Source: Mobula hypostoma (taxonomy: Eukaryota). From it: DNA of 64,000 bases. Below, piece by piece: positions 13,301 through 25,300 of the stretch; positions within the stretch are counted from its first letter, which is position 1, and each line of letters begins with the position of its first letter. The stretch spans positions 201,254,001 through 201,318,000 of the forward strand of contig NC_086100.1 in assembly GCF_963921235.1 (NCBI RefSeq), read 5' to 3'. The notes under the pieces are model-generated. The model did not search any database. It was not told the DNA's origin and was given only the letters and a program-made list of their open reading frames with translations. Position numbers and translations under genes: made by a program.

Positions 13301-16300
13301 ACTAGAAAAATCAGGATGGAAGTGGATCTCAAGACAGTGAGTTTGTTGAATGCCGAAGAGATGGCTTTTTAGAGCAGTTTGTTGTTGAACTTACTGGGGG
13401 GGGGGGGGAGGCGGTGAGCTATACTCGATTGGGAGCTATGTACGGAACCGGAGACAATTAGGGAGCTTAAGGTAAAAGAACCCTTTGGAACCAGTGATCA
13501 CAATGATTTGTTCAACTTGAAATTTGGTAGGGAGAAAGTAAAGTCTGATGTAGCAGTACTTCAGTGGAGTAAGGGAAGTTACAGTGATATGAGAGAGGAG
13601 CTGGCCAAAGTAAACTGGAAGGAGCTGCTGGCAGGGATGTCAGCAGAGTGGGAATGACATGTGGTTTCTGGGAAAAATGAGGAAGGTGCAGGACATGTGT
13701 ATTCCAAAAATGAAGAAATACTCACATGGTAAAATAGTACAACTGTGGCTGACAAGGGAAGTCAAAAGAAAGGGCATACAATGAAGCAAAAATTAGTGGG
13801 AAGACAGAGGATTGGGAAGTTTTTAAAAACCTACAGAGAACAACTAAAAACTCATTAGAAGGGAAAAGATGAAATATGAAAGCAAGCTCGCAAATAACAT
13901 CAAAGTGGATAGTAAAAGTTTTTTCAAGTATGCGAAAAATAAAAGAGAAATGAGAGTGGATATGGCACCGCCAGAAAATGAGGCAGGAGAAATAATAACA
14001 GGGAGATGGCTGATAAACTAAACTAGTATTCTGCATCAGTCTTCACTAGCAGAATGCCTGATGTTGTACTGTGTGAAGGAACAGAAGTGGGTGCAGTTAC
14101 TGTTACAAGACAGAAGGTGCTCAAAATGCTAAAGGTACACAAGTCACCCAGACCAGATGAACTGCACCCTAGGGTTCTGAAAGAGGTAGCATTAGAGATT
14201 GTGGTGGCGTTAGAAATGATCTTGCAAAATCATTGGACTCTGGCATGGTGCCAGAGGACTGGAAAATTGCAAATGTTACTCTACTCTTTAAGAAAGGAGG
14301 AAGACAGCAGAAAGTAAATTATAGACCAGTTAGCCTGACCTCAGTGGTTGGGAAGATGTTGGAGTCAATTGTTAAGGATGAGGTGATGGAGTACTTGGTG
14401 ACGCGGGATAAGATAGTACAAAGTCAGCATGGTTTCCTTCAGGGAAAATCCTGCCTGACAAACCTGTTGGAATTCTTTAAGGAGATTACAAGTAGGATAG
14501 ATAAAGGGGATGCAGTCGATGTATATTTAGACTTTCAGAAAACCCTTGACAAGGTGCCACACATGAGGCTGCTTACCAAGTTAAGAGCCCATGGTATTAC
14601 AAGCAAGTTACTAACATGGTTAGAGCATTGGCTGATTGGTAGGAGGCAGCAAGTGGGAATAAAAGGATCCTTTTCTGGTTGGCTGCCGGTGACTAGTGGT
14701 GTTCCGCAGGGGTCACTGTTGGGACCACTCCTTTTTATGGTGTATATAAATGACTTAGATGATGGAATAGATGGCTTTGTTGCCAAGTTTGCAGATGATA
14801 TGAAGATTGGTAGATGGGCAGGTAGTGTTGAGGAAACAGGTAGGATGCAGAAGGACTTAGACAGATTAGGAGAATTGGTAAGAGAGTGGCAAATGAAATA
14901 CAATGCTGGAAAATGCATGGTCATTTTATAATTTATAAATTGTGGACTATTTTCTAAATGGTGAGAAAATCCAAGAATCTGAGATGCAGAGGGACTTGGG
15001 AGTCCTTGTGCAGATCACCCTGAAAGTTAACTTGCAGGTTGAGTCAGTGGTGAATAAGACAAATGCCGTGTTAGCATTAATTTCAAGAGGTCTAAAATAT
15101 AAGGGCAAGGACATGATGCTGAGGCTTTATAAGGCCCTGGTGAGGCCTCACCTTGAGTATTGTGAACAGTTTTGGGCCTCTCATCTTAGAAAAGATGTGC
15201 TGGCATTGAAGAGGGTTCAGAGGAGGTTCACAAGGATGATTCCAGAAATGAAAGGGTACATACAAGGAACGTTTGATGGCTCTGGGTCTGTACTCGCTGG
15301 AACTCAGAAGGATGAGGGCGGATCTGATTGAAACCTTTCAAATGTTGAAAGGCCTAGACAGAGTAGATGTGGAAAGGATGTTTCCCATGGTGGGAGAGTC
15401 TAGGACAAGAGGGCACAGCCTCAGGATAGAGGGGTGCCCTTTCAAAACAGAGATGCAGAGAAATTTCTTTAGCCAAAGGGTGGTGAATTTGTGGAATATC
15501 TTGCCATATGCAGGTGTGGAGGCCAGATCTTTGGGCGCATTTAAGGCAGAGATTGATAGGTTCTTGATTGGACACAGCATCAAAGGTTACAGAGAGAAGG
15601 GGTAGAGAGGGAGATAGAAAAAAAGATCAGCCATGATTGAATGGTGGAGCAAACTGGATGGGCCAGGTGGACTAATTCTGCTCCTATGTCTTATGGTCTT
15701 ATATCACAACTGCACTCCTAAGGTAACCAATGGATGCTCGTCCACTGTCTAAATGGGTAGAACTCAAAATTAAGCAAGGTGCAATCACTCTGGATTGTAC
15801 TACCGACTCCCAACCACAATAGCCACTGGGACTTAGGGGAACAGATTTAAACAGCATAAAGACAATAAGACATAAGAGCAGAATTAGGCCATTTGACAAT
15901 TTGCGGCTGAATTATTTTCCCCCTCAACCACATTCTCCTACCTTCTCCCCATAATCTTTGACATCCTGACTAATCAAGAACATATCAACTTCCACTTTAA
16001 ATATACCCAATGATTTAGCCTCCACAGCTGTCTGCGACAATGAATTCCACAGTTTCATCACCCTGTGGCTAAAGGGATTCCTCCTTATCTCTGTTCTAAA
16101 TGGATGTCCCTCTATTCTGATGCTGTGGCCTCTGGTCCTAGACCCACCTACTATTAGACCATAAGAGGTAGGAGCAGAATTAGGCCATTTGGCCCATCAA
16201 GTTTGTTCTGCCTTTTCATCATGGCAGATCCATTTTTCCTCTCAGCCCTGATCTCTTGCTTTCTCCCCGTGTCCTTTCATGCCTTGACCAGTCCAGAACC

Positions 16301-19300
16301 TGTCAACCTCTGTCTTAAATATACTTGAGGACTGGGCCTGGGACAACAAACTCCACAGATTCACCACTCTCAGGCTAAAGAAATTCCTCCTCATCTCCAT
16401 TCTAAAAGGACGTCCCTCTATTCTGAAACTGTGTCCTCTGGTCCTAGACCCCCCAACCATAGGAAACATCCTCTCCACATCCACTCCATCAAGGCCTTTC
16501 AACATCTGATATGTTTCAAGGCAATCCCCTGTCTTTTAAACTCCAACGTGTACAGGGCCAGAGCCAACAAATGTTCCTCATACATTAACCCTTTTATTCC
16601 CAGCATCACTCTTATGAACCTCCTCTGGACTGACTCCAATGTCAGCTCATTTTTCTTAGATAAGGGCCCCAAAACTGTGCACAACACTCCAAGAGCAGTT
16701 TGACCAATGGCTTATAAAGCCTCAGTATCAAGTCCCTGACTTTATAATCTAGTCCTTTTGAAATTAATGCTAACATTGCATTTGTCTTCCTTACCACCCA
16801 CTAGACCATACATTTACTATTGCTATATTTCACCCACAACCTCTTTGCCCCATTCTCCTAATTTAAGCCCTTCTGCAGATTTCCTGCTTCCTTTACCTGA
16901 CCCTCTACCTATCTTTGTACCATCTGCAAACCTGGCCACAAAGCCATCGATTCCATCATCCAAATCATTGACATATAATGTAAAAAGAAGCAGTCCCAAC
17001 ACAGACCCTATGAAATACCACTAGACACTGATAGCAAACCAGAATAGGCGCCTTTATTCTAACTCTTTGCCTCCTGTTAATCAGTCAATCTGCTATCCAT
17101 GCTAGTACCTTTCCTGTAATACAAGGGGTGATTGATATGTTCGTGGCCTAGGGTAGAAGGAGTCAATTTTAGAAAACCTAGCACATCTATTTTTCAACAT
17201 AGTCCCCTCCTACATTTACACACTTAGTTCAGTGGTGGTGGAGCATACGGATCCCTTCTTTGTAGAAGTGGGTGTCTTCGACCTCCAGAAGTGGTTGACA
17301 GCAGGGGTGATTGATAAGTTCATTGCTTAAGGTAGAAGGCGATGAGTTATTAACTTCAAACTTTCTGCATAATCACTCGGAGTTGAACTGCCTGTGCATG
17401 TAACAGAGCTGTATAATTCATCTCCTTCTACTTTAGGCCACAAACTTATCAATCACCCCTCGTACAATGCATTTTTATCTTGTTAAGCAGCCTTCTGAAA
17501 ATCCAAGTCTACCATATCCACTGACTCTCCTTTCTCTATCCTGCTTGTTATTTCCTCAAAGAATTCCAACAGATTTGTTAGGCAAGGTTTCCCCTTAAGG
17601 GGACTTTGGTCCATTTGGTCTATTTTATCATTTGCCTCCAAGAATCTTGAAGCCCCATCCTTAATAATGGACTCCAACATCTTCCCAAGCACTGAGGTCA
17701 GACTAACTGGCCTATAATTTCCTTTCTTCTGCTTCCCTCCCTTCTTAAAGAGTTGAATGACATTTGCAATTTTCCAGTCCTCAGGAACCATTCCAAAATC
17801 TAGTGATTCTTGAAAGATCATTACTAATGTCTCCACAATCTCCCCAGACACATATTGAGGAAAGAAATAAAAACAACAGGGTTATTGTTGTGGATGACTT
17901 CAACTTCACCAATATGGACCTGGGGCCTTCTTAGTATATTGGGCTTACGTTGGGTAGATTCTGTTGGGTGCATCCAGAAAGGTTTCTCTAATCAGTATGT
18001 AGATAATAACAAGAGGAGAGGTCATACTGGACCTGGTAATTAGTCTTGTCAGGTGACTGACCATTTAGGGAGATCTAATTGGAACAGCTGTTTTTGGACA
18101 AGTCCACATCCAATGTGTTAAAAGACGAGTTGCACAGACACAGGGCAGGCGGGCATGTCCCAGTCAGAAGCAGGGAAAAATAGAATCAAAGAAATATACA
18201 GCACATTACAGACCCTTTGACCCACAATGTTGTGTCGACCATGTAACCTACTATAGACACTGCCTAGAATTTCCCTTCCGCATAGCCCTCTATTTTCGTG
18301 AGTTCCATGTACCTATCTAAAAGTCTCTTAAAATACCTTATTGTGTCTGCCTGTACCACCTTCACTGGCAGTGCATTCCACACACCCACCATTCTCTGTG
18401 TAAAAAAAAAATTACCTCTGACATCCCCCCTGTACCAAATTCTAAGCACTTTAAAATTATGCTTTCTCATGTTAGCCATTTCAGCCCTGGGAAAAATCTC
18501 TGGCTATCCACACGATCAATGCCTTTCATCATCTTATTCACCAATATCCTGGCGAGAAGGTTTGCTAGAGCTATTGAGGAGAGTTTAAACTAGAATTGCT
18601 GGGGGGGGGGTGAGAACCGAACTGAAGTGACGGAGGAAGGGGAGGTTGGCTCACAAATAGAGAAAGCTTGGAGACAGTGCCAGAGGGAGGATAGGCAGGT
18701 GATCGAGAAGGGACGCACTCAGACTGATGGCTTGAGATGTGTCTATTTTAATGCGAGGAGTATCCTGAATAAAGCGGATGAGCTTAGAGTGTGCATCAGC
18801 ACTTGGAGCTATGATGTTGTGGCCATTACAGAGACTTGGATGGTGCAGGGGCAGGAATGGCTACTTCAAGTGCCAGGCTTTAGATGTTTCGGAAAGGACA
18901 GGGAGGGAGGCAAAAGAGGTGGGGGTGTGGCATTGTTGATCAGAGATAGTGTCACTGCGGCAGAAAAGGAGGAAGTCATGGAGGGGTTGTCTATGGAGTC
19001 TCTGTGGGTGGGAGTTAGGAACAGGAAGGGGTCAATAACCCATCTGGGTGTTTTTTATAGACTACCCAATAGTAACAGGGACATCGAGGAGCAGATAGGG
19101 AGACAGATTCTGGAAATTAGTAATAATAACAGGGTTGTTGCAGTGGGAGATTTTAATTTCCCAAATATTGATTGGCATCTCCCTAGAGTGAGGGGTTTAG
19201 ATGGGGTAGAGTTTGTTAGGTGTGTTCAGGAAGGTTTCTTGACACAATGTGTAGATAAGCCTACAAGAGGAGAGACTGTACTTGATCTGGTATTGGGAAA

Positions 19301-22300
19301 TGAACCTGGTCAGGTGTCAGGTCTCTCAGTGGGAGAGAATTTTGGAGATAGTGATCACAATTCTATCTCCTTTACCATAGCATTGGAGAGGGATAGGAAC
19401 AGACAAGTTAGGGAAATGTTTAATTGGAGTAAGGGGGATTATGAGGCTATCAGGCAGCAACTTGGAAACAGATGTTCTCAGGGAAACATACCGAAGAAAT
19501 ATGGAAAATGTTCAGGGGATATTTGCGTGGGGTTCTGAGTAGGTACGTTCCAATGAGACATGGAAAGGATGATAGGGTACAAGATTCGTGGTGCACAAAG
19601 GCTGTTGTAAATCTAGTCAAGGAGAAAAGAAGAGCTTACGAAAGGTTCAAAAGACTAGGTAATGATATGAATCTAGAAGATTATAAGGCAAGCAGGAAGG
19701 AGCTTAAGAATGAAATGAGGAGAGCCAGAAGGGGCCATGAGAAGGATTAAGGAAAACCCCAAGGCATTCTACAAGTATGTGAAGAGCAAGAGGATAAGAC
19801 ATGACAGTATAGGACCAATCAAGTGTGACAGTGGCAAATTGTGTATGGAACCGGAGGAAATAGCAGAGGTACTTAATGAATATTTTGCTTTAGTATTCAC
19901 TACGGAAAAGGATATTGGCAATTGTAGGGATGACTTGCAATTGTAGGGATGACTGAAAAGCTTGAGAATGTAGATATTAAGAAAGAGGTAATGTTGCAGC
20001 TATATAGGACCCTGGTCAGACCTCACTTGGAGTACTGTGCTCAGTTCTGGTCACCTCACTACAGGAAGGATGTGGAAACCATAGAAAGGGTGCAGAGGAG
20101 ATTTACAAGGATGTTGCCTGGATTGGGGAGCATGCCTTATGAGAATAGGTTGAGTGAACTCGGCCTTTTCTCCTTGAAGCAACGGAGGATGAGAGGTGAC
20201 CTGATAGAGGTGCACAAGATAATGAGAGGCATTGATCGTGTGGATTGTCAGAGGCTTGCCCTAGGGCTGAAATGGCTAGCACAAGACGGCACAGTTTTAA
20301 GGTGCTTGAAAGTAGGTACAGAGGAGATGTCAGGAGTAAGTTTTTTACGCAAAGAGTGGTGAGCGCGTGGAATGGGCTGCCAGCGGCGGTGGTGTAGGCT
20401 GAAACAATAGGGTCTTTGAAAAGACTCCTGGATGGATACATGGAGCTTTAAAAAATAGAGGGCTATGGTTAAGCCTAGGTAGTTTTAAGGTAAGGACATT
20501 TTCAGCACAGCTTTGTGGGCCGAAGGGCCTGTATTGTGCTGTAGGTTTTCTATCCTACTAAGACACAACTTGTCCTGCACTAAGCAAATTGTCCAATTTT
20601 CCAAATGCTGATAAATGCTATCGCTGAGAAATCTTTCCAGTAACCCGACTGCAGCTGTCACGTTCATTCATTGACAATTGATAAGATTACCCTAATTTCC
20701 CTTCTTGAATTATGATTAGCTATTTAACTTGAATTATTATTAGCTATTTAACAGTCCTCGGAACCTCTCGTGTGGCTTGAGAGAGTATAAAGATATTGGT
20801 AAAGAATCCAGAATCTCAGCTCTTGTCTTTATCAATATGGAGAGGGTCCAACATGTATATAAGACCATAAGACATAGGAGCAAAAGTGGGCCATTTGGCC
20901 CTTCGAGTCAGCTCCACCATTCAAGAATGGGCTGATCCAATTCTTCCAGTCATCCTTACTCCCCTGCCTTCTTCCCATACTCTTTCATGCTCTGGCTAAT
21001 CAAGAACCTTTCTCTCTCTGCCTTAAATATACCCAATGACTTGGCCTCTTTTGCTGCTCATGGCAACAAATTCCACAGATTTATCACCCTCTGACTAAAG
21101 TAATTTCTCTGTATCTCTGTTCTAAATGGACATCTTTTAATCCTGAAGTCGTGCTCTCTTGTCCTAGACTCCCCTACCATCAAAATAACTTTGCCATGCC
21201 TAATCTGTTCAGACCTTTTAACATTCGGAATGTTTCGATGAGATCCCCCTTCATTCCCCTGAACTCCAGGGAATACAGCCCAAGAGCTGCCAGACATTCC
21301 TCATACAGTAACCCTTTCATATCTGGAATCGTTCTCCTGAATCTTCTCTGAACCCTCTCCAATGTCAGTATATCCTTTCCAAAATAAGGAGCCCAAAACT
21401 GCACACACAATACTCCAAGTGTGGTCTCACGAGTGCCTTATAGAGCCTCAACATCACATCCCTGCTCTTATATTCTATACCTCTAGAAATGAATGCCAAC
21501 ATTGCATTCACCTTCTTCACAACCAACTCAACCTGGAGGTTAACCTTTAGGGTATCTTGCACAAGGACTCCCAAGTCCCTTTGCATCTCTGCATTTTGAA
21601 TTCTCTCCCAATCTAAATGATTGTCTGCCCATTTATTTCTTCCATGACCATACACTTTCCAACATTGTATTTCATTTGCCACTTCTTTGCCCATTTCCCC
21701 TAAACTATCTAAGTCTCTCTGCAGGCTCTCTGTTTCCTCAACACTACCCGCTCCTCCACCTATCTTTGTATCATCGGCAAATTTAGCCACAAATCCATTA
21801 ATCCCATAGTCCAAATCATTGACGTACATTGTAAAAAGCAGCAGTCCCAACACCAACCCCTGTGGAACACCACTGGTAACCGGAAGCCAACCAGAATAGG
21901 ATCCCTATATTCCCACTCTCTGTTTTCTGCCAATCAGCCAATGCTCCACCCATGCTAGTAACTTCCCTGTAATTCCATGGGCTCTTATCTTGCTAAGCAG
22001 CCTCCTGTGCGGCACCTTGTCAAAGGCCTTCTGAAAATCCAAGTACACCATGTCGACTGCATCTCCTTTGTCTGCCCTGCTTGTAATTTCCTTAAAAAAT
22101 TGCAGTAGGTTAGTCAGGCAGGATTTCCCTTTCAAGAAACCATGCTGGCTCTGGCCTATCTTGTCATGTCCCTCCAGATACTCTGTAATCTCATCTCTAA
22201 CAATCGATTCCAACAACTTCCCAACCACTGATGTTAGGCTAACAGGTCTATAGCTTCCATTCTGCTTCCTCCCACCCTTCTTAAATAGCGGAGTGACATT

Positions 22301-25300
22301 AGAAATGTTCCAGTCACCTGATACAATGCCAGAATCTATTGATTCTTGAAAGATCATTGTTAATGCCTCTGCAATCTCTTCAGCTACTTCCTTCAGAACC
22401 CAAGGGTGCATTCCATCAGGTCCAGGAGATTTATCCACCCTCAGACCATTAAGCTTCCTGAGCACCTTCTCAGTTGTAATTTTCACTGTACATACTTCAC
22501 TTCCCTGACACTCTTTAATGTCCAGTATACTGCAGGTGTCTTCCACTGTGAAGACTGATGCAAAATATACATTCAGTTCCTCTGCCATCTCTGCATCTCT
22601 CATGAAAATATCTCCAGCGTCATTTTCTATTGGTCCTATATCTACCCTCAGCTCTCTTTTACCCTTTATATACTTAAAAAAAACTTTTAGTATCTTCTTT
22701 GATATTAGTCGCCAACTTCCTTTCATAATTCATCTTTTCCTTCCTAATAACTTTCATAGTTTCTTTCTGCAAGTTTTTAAAAGCTTCTCAATCCTCTATC
22801 TTCCCACTAGCTTTGGCTTTCTTTATGCCTTCTCGTTTGCTTTTACTTTGACACTGGCTTCATTTGTCAGCCATGATAGTGTCCTTCTTCCCTTTGAAAA
22901 TTTCTTCTTATTTGGAATATATCTGTCTTGCACTTCCCTCATTTTTTGCAGAAATGCCAGCCATTGCTGCTCTGCTGTCCTTCCTGCTAGTGTCCCTTTC
23001 CAGTCAACTTTGGCCAGTTCCCCTCTCATGGCATTGTAATTTCCTTTATTGCACTGAAATGCAGACACATTGGAATTTTGTTTCTCCTTCTCAAATTTCA
23101 AAGAGAACTTGATCATATTGTGATCACTGTTTCTTAAGGGTTCCTTAACCTTAAGCTCTCTTATCACCTCCGGGTCATTGCACAACACCCAATCCAGTAC
23201 AGCCAATTCCCTAAGTGGGCTCAACAACAAGCTGTTCTAAAAAGCCACCCCTTAGATACTCTACAAATTCTCTCTCTTGAGGTCCTGTACTGGCCTGGTT
23301 TTCCCAATCCATTCTCACATTAAAATGCCCAAAGATTATCATGACTTTGCCCTTCTGACACACCTTTTCTATCTAAGCAGCTGCTGCAGACTTAGCTACG
23401 TTGCTGTTCTTTAAGAGACCCAATACCACCTCCTTGTGTATCTTGAAATGACCAAGGAAATTAGCTCACTCCACACTGATCTCCATACCCTTCATCTTGT
23501 AAATACCAATGCAAAATATCCTAGAGTACCCATATCTCCTCCACCTTGAAACACACGTCTCCTCCTTTATCCCTGAGTAGGCGTACCCACTCCCTGGTCA
23601 GCATCTTGCTCTTGATGTATGTATAGAATGCCTTGGCATTCTCCTTAATCCTACTGGCCAAGTACTTCCTGGCTTCCCTAATTCATAGAAACATAGAAAA
23701 CCTACAGCACAATACAGTCCCTTTGGTCCACAAAGCTGTGCAAAACATGTCCTTACCTTAGAACTACCTAGGCTTACCCATAGCCCTCTATTTTTCTAAG
23801 CTCCATGTAAGCCATCCAGGATCTCTTAAAAGACCCTATCATTTCAACCTCCACCACCGCCACCAGCAGCCCATTCCATGCACTCACCGCTTATAAAACT
23901 TACCACTGACATCTCCTCTGTACCTACTTCCAAGCAGCTTAAAACTGTGCCCTCTCATGCTAGTCATTTCAGCCCTGGGGAAAAGCCTCTGATTATCCAC
24001 ATGATCAATGTCTCTCATTTTCTTGTACACCTTTATCAAGTCACATCTCATCCAAAGGTCATCGAGTTGCAGCTCCAGGTCCCTAACTCAGTCTCTGAGG
24101 AGCTGCAGCTCCATGCGCCTGGCACAGATGTGGCCTTCAGAGAGGCTGGAAATGTCCTGGAAATCCCACGTCTGACACCCGGAATACAACACTGGCTCTG
24201 TAAACATAACCCCTAGTCTTTCAGGAGTTAAATAAAAAAAAAGAAATAAGAAATCAACTTACCTATTTACCTCACTGTTCCTGTTCTCGTTGAGGCCTGG
24301 GGCTAGTATGATTAACTCCAACAACTATCTTCCTCTACAAAAGGGAGTATGGCTATTGGAGGCTACTGAAACTACCTTGCCTGCAATTCTAACTCCAAGC
24401 ATCGGAGTGATCCCTTCGAAGGGCATTGACCATATGTTACTTGCTCCCTAGTGTTTCACACGGTCACATGCTACCTTGATGTTTCAGCTGACCTCTGCAG
24501 CTCTGTTCTTTGGTCCAAGGTGGGCCTGGCCAGCTACGCTGGGCATCAGTGAACGCCGTGATGCCACCTCTATCACTCTGCTGACAATGTGTTTTCAGTA
24601 ACAGGATGCCAGGTTGGTGCAACACTACTACAGCTCAGGGCACTGGAGTCTGGAGTTCAATTCCGGCTTCTTCTCTCAGAAAGTTTGTACGTTCTTCCCA
24701 TGTGTGCATGGGTTTCCTCCAGGTACTCTGGTTTCCTCTCACAGTCCAAAGTAGGTTAATTGGTTATTGCAAATTGTCCTTTGATTAGGATAGGGTTAAA
24801 CTGGCAGGTTGCTCATTGGCCGTGAGGACCTCTTCTACACTGTATCTCTAAGTCAAGAAATGTTGACGGAAGTATTGATATAGTCAGGAACTCCGAGAAG
24901 ATACATGTCGGTTCAGTAATGGTGCCCCCGTATGCTTTATTTCCTGCAGGAATGTTCAGACCCTTGCTGCGAGCCGTCAACTTGCAGATTCACGCATGGT
25001 GCGAAGTGTTCATCTGCTGGTGCTTGCTGTAAGAAATGTCAGGTAAGGCTCAGTGTTTCATCTTTTTGCACGCAGCCCAAGTCTTTTTTTATTTGCGTGT
25101 GCCTGCATGTGTGCGAGTCTGTGTCCGTGATGGCTTTTTTACAAGGCGCGGAACAAGAGAGAGAGACTGTCTCCCCACTCCCCGCACAGCCATTTTTGCA
25201 GCATTTTCCCTTTGTTTTACGAGGTCGAGTTGTGATCTCGACACTCAACCCGGCACGGATGGAAAGCATGCCTGGGAGCTGACACGATTGGTTTCGAACC

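Noticed and set aside
24300..24600. Unassigned non-coding stretch
   Set aside because: I could not recognise an ORF, terminal repeat or family motif, so no call is supportable
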